Made by a program: the position numbers and the translations under genes. Below, one piece after another: positions 9,146 through 18,649 of a stretch of DNA of 56,470 bases. The stretch comes from Verrucomicrobiota bacterium (lineage in GTDB: Bacteria; Verrucomicrobiota; Verrucomicrobiia; Opitutales; Coraliomargaritaceae): NCBI GenBank assembly GCA_038748895.1, contig JBCDIN010000001.1:1-56470 (forward strand), read 5' to 3'. How positions within the stretch are numbered: the stretch's first letter is position 1; each line of letters opens with the position of its first letter. The notes under the pieces were generated by a model, which saw nothing but the letters and a program-made list of their open reading frames with translations, searched no databases and had not been told where the DNA came from.

Positions 9146-12100
9146 GTGCACTACCCTTCTAATGCTGTCGTGTCTCTGACGCGTTTTGCCTCTTTTCTTG
9201 CCTTCGTTGCCGGTCCGCTTCAGGCAATCGATAATAATGGTAACGGGCTCAGCGATATCTGGGAGCAACGGTTTAACGCAGGCAGTCTGACCCAACTCGG
9301 CGACGAAGACGGCGATAGCTACAGCAATATTGAAGAGTGCATCGCCGGCACCGATCCATTCGATCCGCTTAGCTTGCCCATAATCAGCACAGTCGCGACG
9401 GATGACCCCGAGGACTTTGTCTGCATTGCTTTCGATACCGTCGGGGGGAAACGCTATCTCGTCCACAGCACCTTTGACTTAAATGACAACTTCGATAAAC
9501 TTAGCGACGGTTGGTTCGGCGATGGCGCGGAGCGTGAGATCTTCTATAATGAAAACGAGATCTACAAAACCCGCAGTCCGGCTCGTTTTGAATTTTGGTC
9601 CGACGTTACTGCTAGCTCGATTGATGCGCTCGACAGTCTGGCTGATTACACAGATGAACCAGATGGAGTCCTCTATCACGAGACTCCCTCTGCACCGATC
9701 TTCCTCGCTACAGGATACGCGGCGCGGATGACAACGCATCTTCAAGTGCCAACCACCGGATACTATCGAATCTATCTCTCCTCGGGCGGCCCGGCAGAGC
9801 TTTACCTCGCCACAAATGAGCCTGGTATTGCACAAGCAAAAATTGCCGAAGTCCTTCCGACACAGGCAGGACTTTCGCCCGGCGAATGGACGACCTACGG
9901 CACACAACAAACCGATCTCCTACTACTTCAAGCGGACACCGCCTATCGCATTGAAATGCGCTATCTCGCCAACGTTCCGTCGCAGCATTGCGCCATCGCC
10001 TGGTCAGGTCCCGGCATCGAAGGGATACAAGCCATCGGCCACGAAAATCTTGCACAGGTGATGTTCCGAAATGCTTACAGAGAGAAAACAGAATTACTCA
10101 CACACGACTACGACAGTCCGAATCAAACCGGGACGCTCTGGCCTGCAAATACTGCTATCGAGGCAGCTCCTGTTGGTATGACGGGGAATGTCGAGCGACT
10201 GACAGGCGATCCGGGTAATAGCACTGCCGAGCGTATTGTCTTCAACACGAGCAGCAGTGAGCATCTCTATGCCACTTGGCTCTACAATATGGCAACTGGC
10301 CACAACGACATGAACTTCTTGTTCATGGATGGGAGCGATAGCTCAAAAGAAGGCCCGCGTATCGCGCTTGAGGAACGCAGCTCAAATACGATTGCTGCAG
10401 TCCGCGCCGGTGGCTCGAACGGTAGCGACATCCAAATCGATACACGCTTCGACCATAGCTATCGAGTCGAGATTGTCGCGACAGTTGCCGATGAAGGGTT
10501 CGAATACGCAACACCCGAAGGCTTTTCCACTGTAGAAAAGGACCGCTTCGACATTTACGTAAGTGATCTAAGCTCACATCTGATTGGCAGCGCAAAAGGC
10601 CTTACCTTCCGAGACGGATCAAACGTTCTCAATGGATTCAGCGTGATGCAGGCAACCTTCTTCAATTCACCGCTGGACATTGCTTTCGACGATTTCGAAA
10701 TCACCAGCGGCCACATCACCGGCTCAGGGTATCTCGTGGCGAATCATACCAAGCCTGCGCCTGCAGACGGTGATCAGTTTTACAAAATGGAAGTCACCGA
10801 GATCGATCAGGACGGAGACGGGCTTCCGGATTGGGAGGAACTTGCGCTGGCCGAGTTTAACGAAGTGCTCTTCTTCGATGCTGAAACCACCAACGGCATC
10901 GCAGATGCCAACGTGCTCGATAGCCTGCTCGGCGACTCACAAGGTTTGCCGGATGTTATGCTTTTTGGCACGGATGCGGACGCTTACGAAAGCAACTACC
11001 CTAACACCATTCCAAACGACGGCGAGATCACGCTTATGCGTAGCGGCACGCTGGCCCCGCTCACCGTCAAGCTCTGCGTCGTCCCTCTCGAAAATACCGG
11101 CAACGTGAACACCGTCTGCGACGGTAGTTGCTGCATGCTGATCGGCAGTGCAGGCGATGAAGAAGTCGAGCCCGAAGACTACCAACTGTTCGACGAGGAA
11201 GGAAACATCATCACCGACACGATCCATTTTGAATTCGGCGAGATGAAAAAGGTGCTTCGCGTTAAAGCGGTTAACGACTCGATCAACGAATACCCGGAGA
11301 CGCTCAACATCGCAGTCGAGAGCTCTCCCGACAGTAGCTACACCACATCCGAACTCCTAAACGGTGCCTCCATTCAAATTTTTGATCTACCCGATAGTCC
11401 GGACAACGTCTCTATCTTTACCGGCACTTTCTCGCAAGATGGCAACGCCGTAACCGCGACAAACGGCTCCGGCTTCGTAACGCTGACAATCAATGGCCCG
11501 CGCACCGAAATCCGCATCTGGGACGAGTTCTCGGGCCTCACCTCTGCCCAGCAGGATTCGCACATGCACAAGGCCAACCCAGGTAACACACCCGGCCCGA
11601 TCATCTATGCAATCACCGAAACCCCGGGCGATGAAACGACGGACCCGCTGAACGGCCCACTGGTCAACTACCCATGGGATTTAACCGCATCGTCTGGAGC
11701 GGTTCCGACCGGTGGAGGCAGCGCGTCCAAGCAAGTCCTCATCGACTCACTCTTCGGACAAAACGGCGAAACGCCCCTTTATCTCAACGTGCACACTGTA
11801 GATAACCCAGCTGGCGAGATCTGGGCCTTCCTTTCCATCTCAGGCGGTAGCGCGAGCGATCCCGGCGACGCCTCACCACCGGCACTCCCCGGCACAGTGG
11901 AGTATCCACAACTTAACGGAGCCCTTCTCGAAGCAGAAGTCCGCCGCTTCCTCAACCAAGCCACTTTCGGCGCAACCGATCCGGATGTGGCCGCACTCAT
12001 CCAGACGATCGAACAGGCACGGATTACTAACCCTGATTACCACCGGTATGCCGCCTTTGCCGACTGGATCGACCACCAAATCAACCAGGTCGATCAAACC

Positions 12101-14704
12101 TACATGCTCGAATACACCCTTGCTTCGCAATACCAGTTCATGACGCTGGCCCACATCTTCGACAGCACGCTGAACCCGTCGCAGGGAGACTGGAATACCC
12201 CGACCAAGCCGACCCAGTGGCCAAAGATCAATCGCGACGACCCGAATCCGGAGCACTGGTATCTCGACGATGTGTATCCGGTGGACCGGGACGACTTCCG
12301 TCTCGCAGGAGCGAACGATCTCCGGGCCGAGCCGAGCTACCTGCAGCGTCGCCAAGCCCACTGGCAACTCATGATCAACGCCCACGATCAACTTCGCCAG
12401 AAAATGGGCTATGCTCTTCAGCAGATCGTTGTCGTCAGCGACACACTCACTGCCATTCGCGACACGCCCTACGGAAGCGCCAACTACCAGGACATGCTCA
12501 ACACGCACGCTTTCGGATACTATCGCGACGTGCTCGGCTTCGTTAACTGGAGCCCCCTGATGGGCAAATGGCTCTCCAGCTTACAAAACCAAAAGGCCAT
12601 CGATTTTGATAACGACGGCCTCTACGACGCCTTTCCTGATGAAAATCTGGCCCGTGAAAACATGCAGCTCTTCTCCATCGGTCTCTTCGATCTTTGGAGT
12701 GACGGCAGCCTGAAGCTCAGTCCCGAAGGGTTGCCCCGTGCGACCTACACAAACGATGACATCCGCGAATTTGCCAAAGTCTTAACCGGACAGAGCTTCA
12801 GTCGGCACAACGGCTACTTCGATTCATGGGGTGGCACCCCCTTCGTCGCCGACAATAATAACTTTGATGCCAACCAGGGATCCTACGGCGTTCTCGGCCT
12901 TGCCTACCTCTACCCCATGAAGATGTTTGGTGATTATCACTCAACCGGCCCGAAGACCTTCGCCGGCGTCACCGTCGACAATACCGGTATCACCGACCTC
13001 ACTCAGCAGGGCGTTGCCGACATTGAAGCCGCGATTGATTGGCTCGCCGGTAAACCTAATGACGGGCTACCGGACTACGACATGGTCAACAGCCATGTGA
13101 GCACGCCCGCATTCATTACCCGCCGCCTCATCCAGCGCTTCACCACATCCAACCCCACTCCAGAATACCTCCATCGCGTTGCCACTGTTTTCAAAAACAG
13201 CGAGGGCGATCTCGACCAAACAATCCGCGCCATCCTTCTTGATCCAGAAGCACGTAATCTGGACCTCAACGAAACCGTCTTCGGCATCAAGAAGTCGCCG
13301 CTCGAGGGTTACCTCCAGCTACTTCGCTCACTCGAAGCTTATACTCTCATTCCGGTTTTTAATCCAAACGGCTCACCACCCTTCGATACCGCACCGGGCA
13401 ACTTCAGCAACCCTGAGCTCTATCTCGAAACCTTCGACTACCCTTCCGATCAGATCGACAACCACCTGCGCAACACGCGCTTCATGCCGACAAGCACCAG
13501 CAGCTCTGGCAGCCGCGGACTACAGATGGACCCCTTCAGTCAAGTCACGGTTTTCAATTTTTACCTGCCCGACTACTCACCAGGCGGTGTGATCACAAAT
13601 GCCGGTCTTGTCTCTCCCGAGATGCAACTCGCCACTGAGCCGGACATCATACGCAATATCAACTACTTCGAAGACATCATCCGCTCGACCTACGGCCCCT
13701 TCGGCGACGAGCTCGGCGGCACTAATGAGAATCAAATCCTCGCATTCGGCGGCGTATCCGACGCTGAGGAGAACGACGCTCAGCGCCTCGCCCGCCAAGC
13801 ACTCGCCGATGCCTTTTATCCAGCGACTGAACCGGAAGATCAAATCACCACCGAAGCCAACGGAACCACAGCCTCCATCTACGGTTCGAGCGCATCAGCC
13901 CCTTACTGGGTTCGCCTCAGCAGGACAGGCGACACTTTTATCGCGAGCCGATCTGCCGATGGAATCAATTGGGTTCAAGTCGCGATCGAAGTTCTGCCCA
14001 TGGCAGCGGAAGTCTATGTCGGCCTCGCTGTAACCAGCCACAACGATGGCACACTCACAACGGCTGAGTTCAGCAATGTCGGCCTTACCGGTGGTGAAGG
14101 CACATGGTATAGTACAGACATCGGCAGCGTTTCTGCCAGTGGCACTACGACCGAAACCGGTGCCAACGCATTCGAGATCCAAGCCTCCGGAAACGATATC
14201 TGGCACACTAATGACGAGTTCCACTACGCATATCAACTGCTCGATGGCGATGCCGAGATCATCACTCGGGTTGACAGTCTGCAGGTCACCAACCCTTGGG
14301 CAAAAGCCGGGGTCATGATCCGCGAAACCCTTGAATCTGATTCTGCCAATGTCTTCATGTTTGTCAGCGGTTCGAATGGAGTCTACGGCCAAATCCGCCG
14401 GGTTGAGCGCGGCCGCAGCAGCGAATCGATTGCCGACGAAGCCCTGCTGGACGAACTCGATCTCCGCCTCACCAACGGGCTCTTCAAGATGCGCTACCCT
14501 TACGACGTCTCCGACAACGACGATCCGAATGTTCATGGCATTGATGAAAGTCTTAAAAACCCCCGTGAGATGATCATCGACGCGATCACCAATGCCTACG
14601 GCGACCCCTACAACGGCTCGAACGATAGCTCCGACCGGCTCAATAAACTTCAAGACGCGCTCTACCTGCTGACCTTTTCGCCCGAGTATCAAATCAAGAA
14701 ATAA
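9146..14704 (+). CDS. Giant secreted DUF1800-family protein with PA14, Calx-beta, CHRD and ConA-like lectin modules
   Basis: 1852-aa ORF with a GTG start and signal-like VVSLTRFASFLAFVAGPLQA. It carries acidic DNNGNGLSDIWE, DEDGDSYSNIEE and DQDGDGLPDWEE motifs. PA14-like region at aa ~150-300 (GYYRIYLSSGGPAELYL...AYRIEMRYLANVPSQHCAIAWSGPG). Calx-beta at aa ~605-745 (EDYQLFDEEGNIITDTIHFEFGEMKKVLRVKAVNDSINEYPETLNIAVE). CHRD at aa ~755-897 (SHMHKANPGNTPGPIIYAI...LYLNVHTVDNPAGEIWAFL). The DUF1800 core starts at aa ~925 (RRFLNQATFGAT) and runs to the C-terminal LLTFSPEYQIKK. Confidence 0.9.
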   Translation: MHYPSNAVVSLTRFASFLAFVAGPLQAIDNNGNGLSDIWEQRFNAGSLTQLGDEDGDSYSNIEECIAGTDPFDPLSLPIISTVATDDPEDFVCIAFDTVGGKRYLVHSTFDLNDNFDKLSDGWFGDGAEREIFYNENEIYKTRSPARFEFWSDVTASSIDALDSLADYTDEPDGVLYHETPSAPIFLATGYAARMTTHLQVPTTGYYRIYLSSGGPAELYLATNEPGIAQAKIAEVLPTQAGLSPGEWTTYGTQQTDLLLLQADTAYRIEMRYLANVPSQHCAIAWSGPGIEGIQAIGHENLAQVMFRNAYREKTELLTHDYDSPNQTGTLWPANTAIEAAPVGMTGNVERLTGDPGNSTAERIVFNTSSSEHLYATWLYNMATGHNDMNFLFMDGSDSSKEGPRIALEERSSNTIAAVRAGGSNGSDIQIDTRFDHSYRVEIVATVADEGFEYATPEGFSTVEKDRFDIYVSDLSSHLIGSAKGLTFRDGSNVLNGFSVMQATFFNSPLDIAFDDFEITSGHITGSGYLVANHTKPAPADGDQFYKMEVTEIDQDGDGLPDWEELALAEFNEVLFFDAETTNGIADANVLDSLLGDSQGLPDVMLFGTDADAYESNYPNTIPNDGEITLMRSGTLAPLTVKLCVVPLENTGNVNTVCDGSCCMLIGSAGDEEVEPEDYQLFDEEGNIITDTIHFEFGEMKKVLRVKAVNDSINEYPETLNIAVESSPDSSYTTSELLNGASIQIFDLPDSPDNVSIFTGTFSQDGNAVTATNGSGFVTLTINGPRTEIRIWDEFSGLTSAQQDSHMHKANPGNTPGPIIYAITETPGDETTDPLNGPLVNYPWDLTASSGAVPTGGGSASKQVLIDSLFGQNGETPLYLNVHTVDNPAGEIWAFLSISGGSASDPGDASPPALPGTVEYPQLNGALLEAEVRRFLNQATFGATDPDVAALIQTIEQARITNPDYHRYAAFADWIDHQINQVDQTYMLEYTLASQYQFMTLAHIFDSTLNPSQGDWNTPTKPTQWPKINRDDPNPEHWYLDDVYPVDRDDFRLAGANDLRAEPSYLQRRQAHWQLMINAHDQLRQKMGYALQQIVVVSDTLTAIRDTPYGSANYQDMLNTHAFGYYRDVLGFVNWSPLMGKWLSSLQNQKAIDFDNDGLYDAFPDENLARENMQLFSIGLFDLWSDGSLKLSPEGLPRATYTNDDIREFAKVLTGQSFSRHNGYFDSWGGTPFVADNNNFDANQGSYGVLGLAYLYPMKMFGDYHSTGPKTFAGVTVDNTGITDLTQQGVADIEAAIDWLAGKPNDGLPDYDMVNSHVSTPAFITRRLIQRFTTSNPTPEYLHRVATVFKNSEGDLDQTIRAILLDPEARNLDLNETVFGIKKSPLEGYLQLLRSLEAYTLIPVFNPNGSPPFDTAPGNFSNPELYLETFDYPSDQIDNHLRNTRFMPTSTSSSGSRGLQMDPFSQVTVFNFYLPDYSPGGVITNAGLVSPEMQLATEPDIIRNINYFEDIIRSTYGPFGDELGGTNENQILAFGGVSDAEENDAQRLARQALADAFYPATEPEDQITTEANGTTASIYGSSASAPYWVRLSRTGDTFIASRSADGINWVQVAIEVLPMAAEVYVGLAVTSHNDGTLTTAEFSNVGLTGGEGTWYSTDIGSVSASGTTTETGANAFEIQASGNDIWHTNDEFHYAYQLLDGDAEIITRVDSLQVTNPWAKAGVMIRETLESDSANVFMFVSGSNGVYGQIRRVERGRSSESIADEALLDELDLRLTNGLFKMRYPYDVSDNDDPNVHGIDESLKNPREMIIDAITNAYGDPYNGSNDSSDRLNKLQDALYLLTFSPEYQIKK

Positions 14705-14709
14705 CTACC

Positions 14710-16272
14710 ATGCCTAAGTATCTCGGAAAAATCTCCCGCCGCGACTTCCTCAAAGCCGGCACCTGTGGCGCTATGACCGTAGGCCCATTGGTCAATACCA
14801 TTGCGCAACTTTCACTCATCAACTCCGCTTCAGCCAGCGCCCTCGGTGGCACCTCCCTCGTCGGCAGCGACTACAAAGCACTCGTCTGCGTCTTTCTCCG
14901 CGGTGGTTGCGATATGAACAACGTTCTCATCCCCGTCGGCAGCAACGCCCAGGCCCAAACCTACGCCGACGACCGCGCCGCCGTCGCGATCGCCAACGGA
15001 GTTACCCACCCGACTTACAATCCAGGTGGCGCGAACGATACGATTTCAATCAACGTCCCCAACCACGAAACCTTCGGACTGCACCCCTCTCTCATCAACC
15101 TCGCCGCCATGTTCAACAGCGGTGAAGCCAGCTTCGTCTGCAATCTTGGCACCCTCGCCGAGCCCACCACACAGGGAGGCTACAGCACCAGCAGCCTACC
15201 AAAGCAGCTCTTCTCCCACTCCGATCAAGTCACCCAGTGGATGTCCTCCATTGCAGATAAGCCCTACACCTCCGGCTGGGGCGCACGTGTCGCCGAACTC
15301 TATAATGATACCTGGAATCTGCACAGCCAGACCTCAATGCTCATCACCGCTGCTGGCAACAACCAGTTCATGAACGGCAGCACAAGCATTCCCCAATACT
15401 CAGTCACCTCAACCGGTGCCATCAGCCTCGCCAGCTTTGGCTATAGCGCCGTCGGTCCCTACGGCCAGGCACTTAACCCCGACGGCAGCTACAAAAACTC
15501 ATCGCAGGGCGAAAGATTGAAGGCCCTCGAAGGGATCATGCAATACAGCCACGCGCACATCCTCGAAGAAGGCTACGGCGAAGTCGTTCGCAGTGCACGG
15601 GCCAACGAGGCCGTGATCAGTGAGGCCATTCAAGTCGAGCAAAGCCTCGGGATCGACTTCGACACCATCTTTACCAACTATAATGCCCAAGGTAATATTG
15701 CCGAAGAACTCAAGGCAATCGCCCGCCTCATCGCTGGCCGCGAATGCCTTGGTAACAATCGCCAGATCTTCTTTGTCGATCTCGGCGGATTCGATAACCA
15801 CCAGGATATCAACGGCGACCTTCCTACACTTCTTACCGAGCTCGACAACGCTCTCGGTGCCTTTAACGCAGGCATGAAGGAGCTCGACGCTCGTGACAGC
15901 GAATTCGCCTACGATAAAGTCACCACCTTTCAGGCCTCTGACTTCAACCGCACCTGGACGCCCAACGGCACCAATATTAACTCCGCCGGCACCGACCACG
16001 CCTGGGGCTCCCACTCCTTCGTTTTCGGCGGAGCCGTCAACGGCGGGGAATTCTTTGGCACGTTCCCGGAACTGGCCGTCGGCGGCTACGACGATGTGCC
16101 CAGCGGTTCCCGCGGACGCTGGATCCCCACCACCGCGGTGGATCAATTCGCCGCTGTTCTCGCCAGTTGGTTCGGGGTGCCACAAGGGAGCTCCGAGATG
16201 GCCGCCATTTTTCCTAATCTTAACCGCTTCCAGGATCCGTTTTCAGTCGATGCCAAGCTCGGTTTCTTATAG
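14710..16272 (+). CDS. DUF1501-family protein (sulfatase/alkaline-phosphatase-like), Tat-exported
   Basis: 520-aa ORF starting 6 nt after the DUF1800 gene. Twin-arginine signal KISRRDFLKAGTCGAM. Family motifs FVDLGGFDNHQD and GTDHAWGSHSFVFGGAVNGGEFFG. Confidence 0.9.
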   Translation: MPKYLGKISRRDFLKAGTCGAMTVGPLVNTIAQLSLINSASASALGGTSLVGSDYKALVCVFLRGGCDMNNVLIPVGSNAQAQTYADDRAAVAIANGVTHPTYNPGGANDTISINVPNHETFGLHPSLINLAAMFNSGEASFVCNLGTLAEPTTQGGYSTSSLPKQLFSHSDQVTQWMSSIADKPYTSGWGARVAELYNDTWNLHSQTSMLITAAGNNQFMNGSTSIPQYSVTSTGAISLASFGYSAVGPYGQALNPDGSYKNSSQGERLKALEGIMQYSHAHILEEGYGEVVRSARANEAVISEAIQVEQSLGIDFDTIFTNYNAQGNIAEELKAIARLIAGRECLGNNRQIFFVDLGGFDNHQDINGDLPTLLTELDNALGAFNAGMKELDARDSEFAYDKVTTFQASDFNRTWTPNGTNINSAGTDHAWGSHSFVFGGAVNGGEFFGTFPELAVGGYDDVPSGSRGRWIPTTAVDQFAAVLASWFGVPQGSSEMAAIFPNLNRFQDPFSVDAKLGFL

Positions 16273-16431
16273 CCAGCACTCAGTGATCTTCGTCGCACGT
16301 AGCCTCGAAACTCAGTTCCGGGGCCGGGCCCAGAAAACGCTAGCACTTCCCCGGCTCCGGGAGCCGAGGCCACAAACCCCCACAGCACCTTTCCCTTGTA
16401 GCATCGGAACTCGGTTCCGGAGTTCCCGAGC

Positions 16432-16983
16432 ATGAAACGCACGCTTCAGCTTCTCGTCATCGGCGTCGTGCTTCTCGGCCTTTGGTTCGCACTTCGCAAT
16501 ATAGCACCTCACACGAAAGATGCCCCAACACCACCTGAAGCCGCACCTAACACTGAAGCCGCAGCCCGAATCCAAGTCGTTCCTTCAGAACAGCCTCCCG
16601 ACGCCCGCCTCAACCGCCTGCCTGAAGGCAAGGTCGAATTTTTACCCGCTCTCGAAATCAGTCGACGTATCCACGAATCAGATACAGTCGAAGATGGGCT
16701 TCGCGAAATCGAGGCACTGCTCGCCCAATATCGCTTCGCTTTTGGTGAAAACCCCGTCGGCGTAGAAAACTTCGAAATCACCGAGCAACTCCTCGGCAAA
16801 AATCCTAAAAACGTCGTCTTCATCGCACGTGATAGCCCCGCCCTGCGCGGCAACGAGCTCGTCGATCCGTGGGGCACGCCTTACGTCTTCCACCCGCAAT
16901 CCGGCACTGAAATGGAGATCGGATCCGCCGGCCCTGACCAGACCCTCTGGACCTCGGACGACGTTTTTATCCGGTATCCTTAA
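16432..16983 (+). CDS. Membrane-anchored protein with type II secretion GspG-like C-terminal domain
   Basis: 183-aa ORF with an N-terminal TM helix (LQLLVIGVVLLGLWFAL) but no G/FTLIE prepilin motif. The C-terminus ELVDPWGTPYVFHPQSGTEMEIGSAGPDQTLWTSDDV matches the GspG pseudopilin globular-domain pattern (DPWG.PY....G....S.GPD....T.DD). Confidence 0.75.
   Translation: MKRTLQLLVIGVVLLGLWFALRNIAPHTKDAPTPPEAAPNTEAAARIQVVPSEQPPDARLNRLPEGKVEFLPALEISRRIHESDTVEDGLREIEALLAQYRFAFGENPVGVENFEITEQLLGKNPKNVVFIARDSPALRGNELVDPWGTPYVFHPQSGTEMEIGSAGPDQTLWTSDDVFIRYP
16636..16983 (+). repeat. Direct repeat copy A (3' two-thirds of the GspG-like gene)
   Basis: By eye it aligns base-for-base over ~348 nt with 18042..18387. 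Both end in ...atccggtatccttaa. Confidence 0.85.
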
Positions 16984-17176
16984 AATAATCTGAAAGCTTA
17001 ACCTCGGAAAAGCATTCTCAGGGGATTTTCAGGAAACTCAAAATTGGACGTTCGATGTTCGACGTTCATCTCGGCTTCTTCTCGTAGAGCTAATTGTCGA
17101 GCTTGTTGTCGGTAATGACGCCGCAGTTTATCGTGCCGAGCCAGCCGGATCCGAGGTTTTCGAAAATTCTACGGAT

Positions 17177-17650
17177 TCAGGCGTCCGCACCCATCGCGAG
17201 GAGCTGCAGGTCGAGTCCTTCGAAGTCTAGGAAGTCGTCGTCCAAAGTCGTCAGTTGTATGCCGTAAGATCGCGCGAAGGCAGCGAGGTAAGCATCCATC
17301 CAAACTTTAGGTGCAGGTATCTTTGAACGTGCGTAGGCAAACCAATGCGTTTGCAAGTCCGGCGGCTCTCCGAGGAACAATACCTGCGGCATGGCAGCAA
17401 GATACTTCCATCGCTCGATAGCCAAATCATTGTTAATTTTTTCGCTGCCGTAGCATTTCTGCATGGTAGGCGTTGTGACCAGCCTGAGGAAAGACTGCTG
17501 CGTCGCCCGGCAAAAGACGGCCGGAGCTTCGCTGCTGGCCATCTCAAACTGTTCTTTAACGAGAACATGCGCTGGATGTGTGTGGAAAGCCAGCGCCAGC
17601 CAGACGTTGACGTCAAAGAGCTTGGCCGGCACGGCTCGCGTCCTCCTCAC
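17177..17650 (-). CDS. vapC: PIN-domain ribonuclease toxin VapC
   Basis: The sequence LFDVNVWLALAFHTHPAH...ATQQSFLRLVTTP...VWMDAYLAAFARSYGIQLTTLDDDFLDF matches the VapC/PIN pattern with its conserved acidic residues. It overlaps the upstream antitoxin ORF. The exact start is uncertain (GTG at 17650 or the GTG giving MPAKLFDV at 17635). Confidence 0.85.
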   Translation of the reverse strand: MRRTRAVPAKLFDVNVWLALAFHTHPAHVLVKEQFEMASSEAPAVFCRATQQSFLRLVTTPTMQKCYGSEKINNDLAIERWKYLAAMPQVLFLGEPPDLQTHWFAYARSKIPAPKVWMDAYLAAFARSYGIQLTTLDDDFLDFEGLDLQLLAMGADA

Positions 17651-17903
17651 TCTGAGCTCGCTGCTCCAAACGCAGCAGATCGGCCACCTTCATCGAAGAG
17701 GCCTCTACCTTTGCAGCTTCACAGGCGAATAAAGACGTATCAAGCTTTTGGCTGTAGGTTTTTGCGCCGCCCTTTGGAGCAGGCGCACGGAGCCCGGCTT
17801 CAAAAACTTCCGTCGCCACATCCTTGAGCTTTCGCCCCTCTTGTGCGGCCCGCAGCTTCATCTCACGGACCAGCGGCTCTGGTAGGTCTAAAGTCGTCTT
17901 CAT
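17613..17903 (-). CDS. vapB: VapB-type antitoxin (ribbon-helix-helix-like N-terminus)
   Basis: MKTTLDLPEPLVREMKLRAAQEGRKLKDVATEVFEAGL is typical of VapC-partner antitoxins. An ATG at 17903 is preferred over the ORF-track start at 17939. The 3' end overlaps vapC. Confidence 0.75.
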   Translation of the reverse strand: MKTTLDLPEPLVREMKLRAAQEGRKLKDVATEVFEAGLRAPAPKGGAKTYSQKLDTSLFACEAAKVEASSMKVADLLRLEQRAQSEEDASRAGQAL

Positions 17904-18041
17904 AAAATCCAACTTTCCAGCTTTCTGGCTTTTTGTCAACAGGCATGCCCGTCTCTCAAAATATATCGCTCTATGTTTAGCTTACGAGCCTTAGCCAAAC
18001 AAGTAGGAGCCTAACAGCAATAGGACTTCCGGCAACCACCT

Positions 18042-18387
18042 TGAATTTTTACCAGCTCTCGAAATCAGTAGACGTATACATAATTCGGATACAGTCGAAG
18101 ATGGGCTCCGCGAGATCGAGGCACTTCTCGCCCAATATCGCTTCGCCTTCGGCGAAAACCCCGTCGGCGTGGAGAACTTCGAGATCACCGAGCAACTTCT
18201 CGGGAAAAGTCCAAAAGGCGTCGTCTTCATCGCGAGCGACAGTCTCGCCCTGCACGGTAACGAGCTCGTCGATCGATGGGCACGCCCTAATTCTTCCACC
18301 CGCAATCCGGCACTGAAATGGAGATCGGATCCGCCGGCCTGACCAGACCCTCTGGACCTCGGACGATGCCTTCATCCGGTATCCTTA
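18042..18387 (+). pseudogene. 5'-truncated, frameshifted paralog of the GspG-like gene (direct repeat copy B)
   Basis: It lacks the first ~68 codons, including the TM anchor. It carries two 1-nt deletions relative to copy A. One is in the DPWG-coding stretch near 18271-18279. The other is near 18335-18340 (gccggcctgacc versus gccggccctgacc). No ORF remains in the original frame. Confidence 0.8.
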
Positions 18388-18649
18388 ATCGGTATCAACG
18401 CCGAAATCCTCTTCACTTCGAGCTATTCGTCAGGCTTGATTACGAACATATTTTTTGCTTACAACGATACGATTAAACTCGCTTCAAGACTCCATTCAGC
18501 CAATACGCAGAGCGGCTATGTAGCTTTGATATGAAGTGCTATTCGCTTTATAGGATGGCTAGGCTATGAAAGGTTTTCTTTTTGAAGAATTAGATCAAAA
18601 GCCAATATCAAAACAATCGACCATTTTCAAAAGAGACGGCTACCCTAAA

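Noticed and set aside
9101-16185. Many long antisense or off-frame ORFs inside the DUF1800/DUF1501 genes, for example 9479..9910(-), 11873..12508(-) 211 aa, 13895..14692(-) 265 aa and 15499..16185(-) 228 aa.
   Set aside because: They lie wholly within strongly supported sense genes with clear family motifs. Their translations are Arg/Gly/Val-rich low-information sequence, typical of GC-rich antisense frames, with no recognisable domains.
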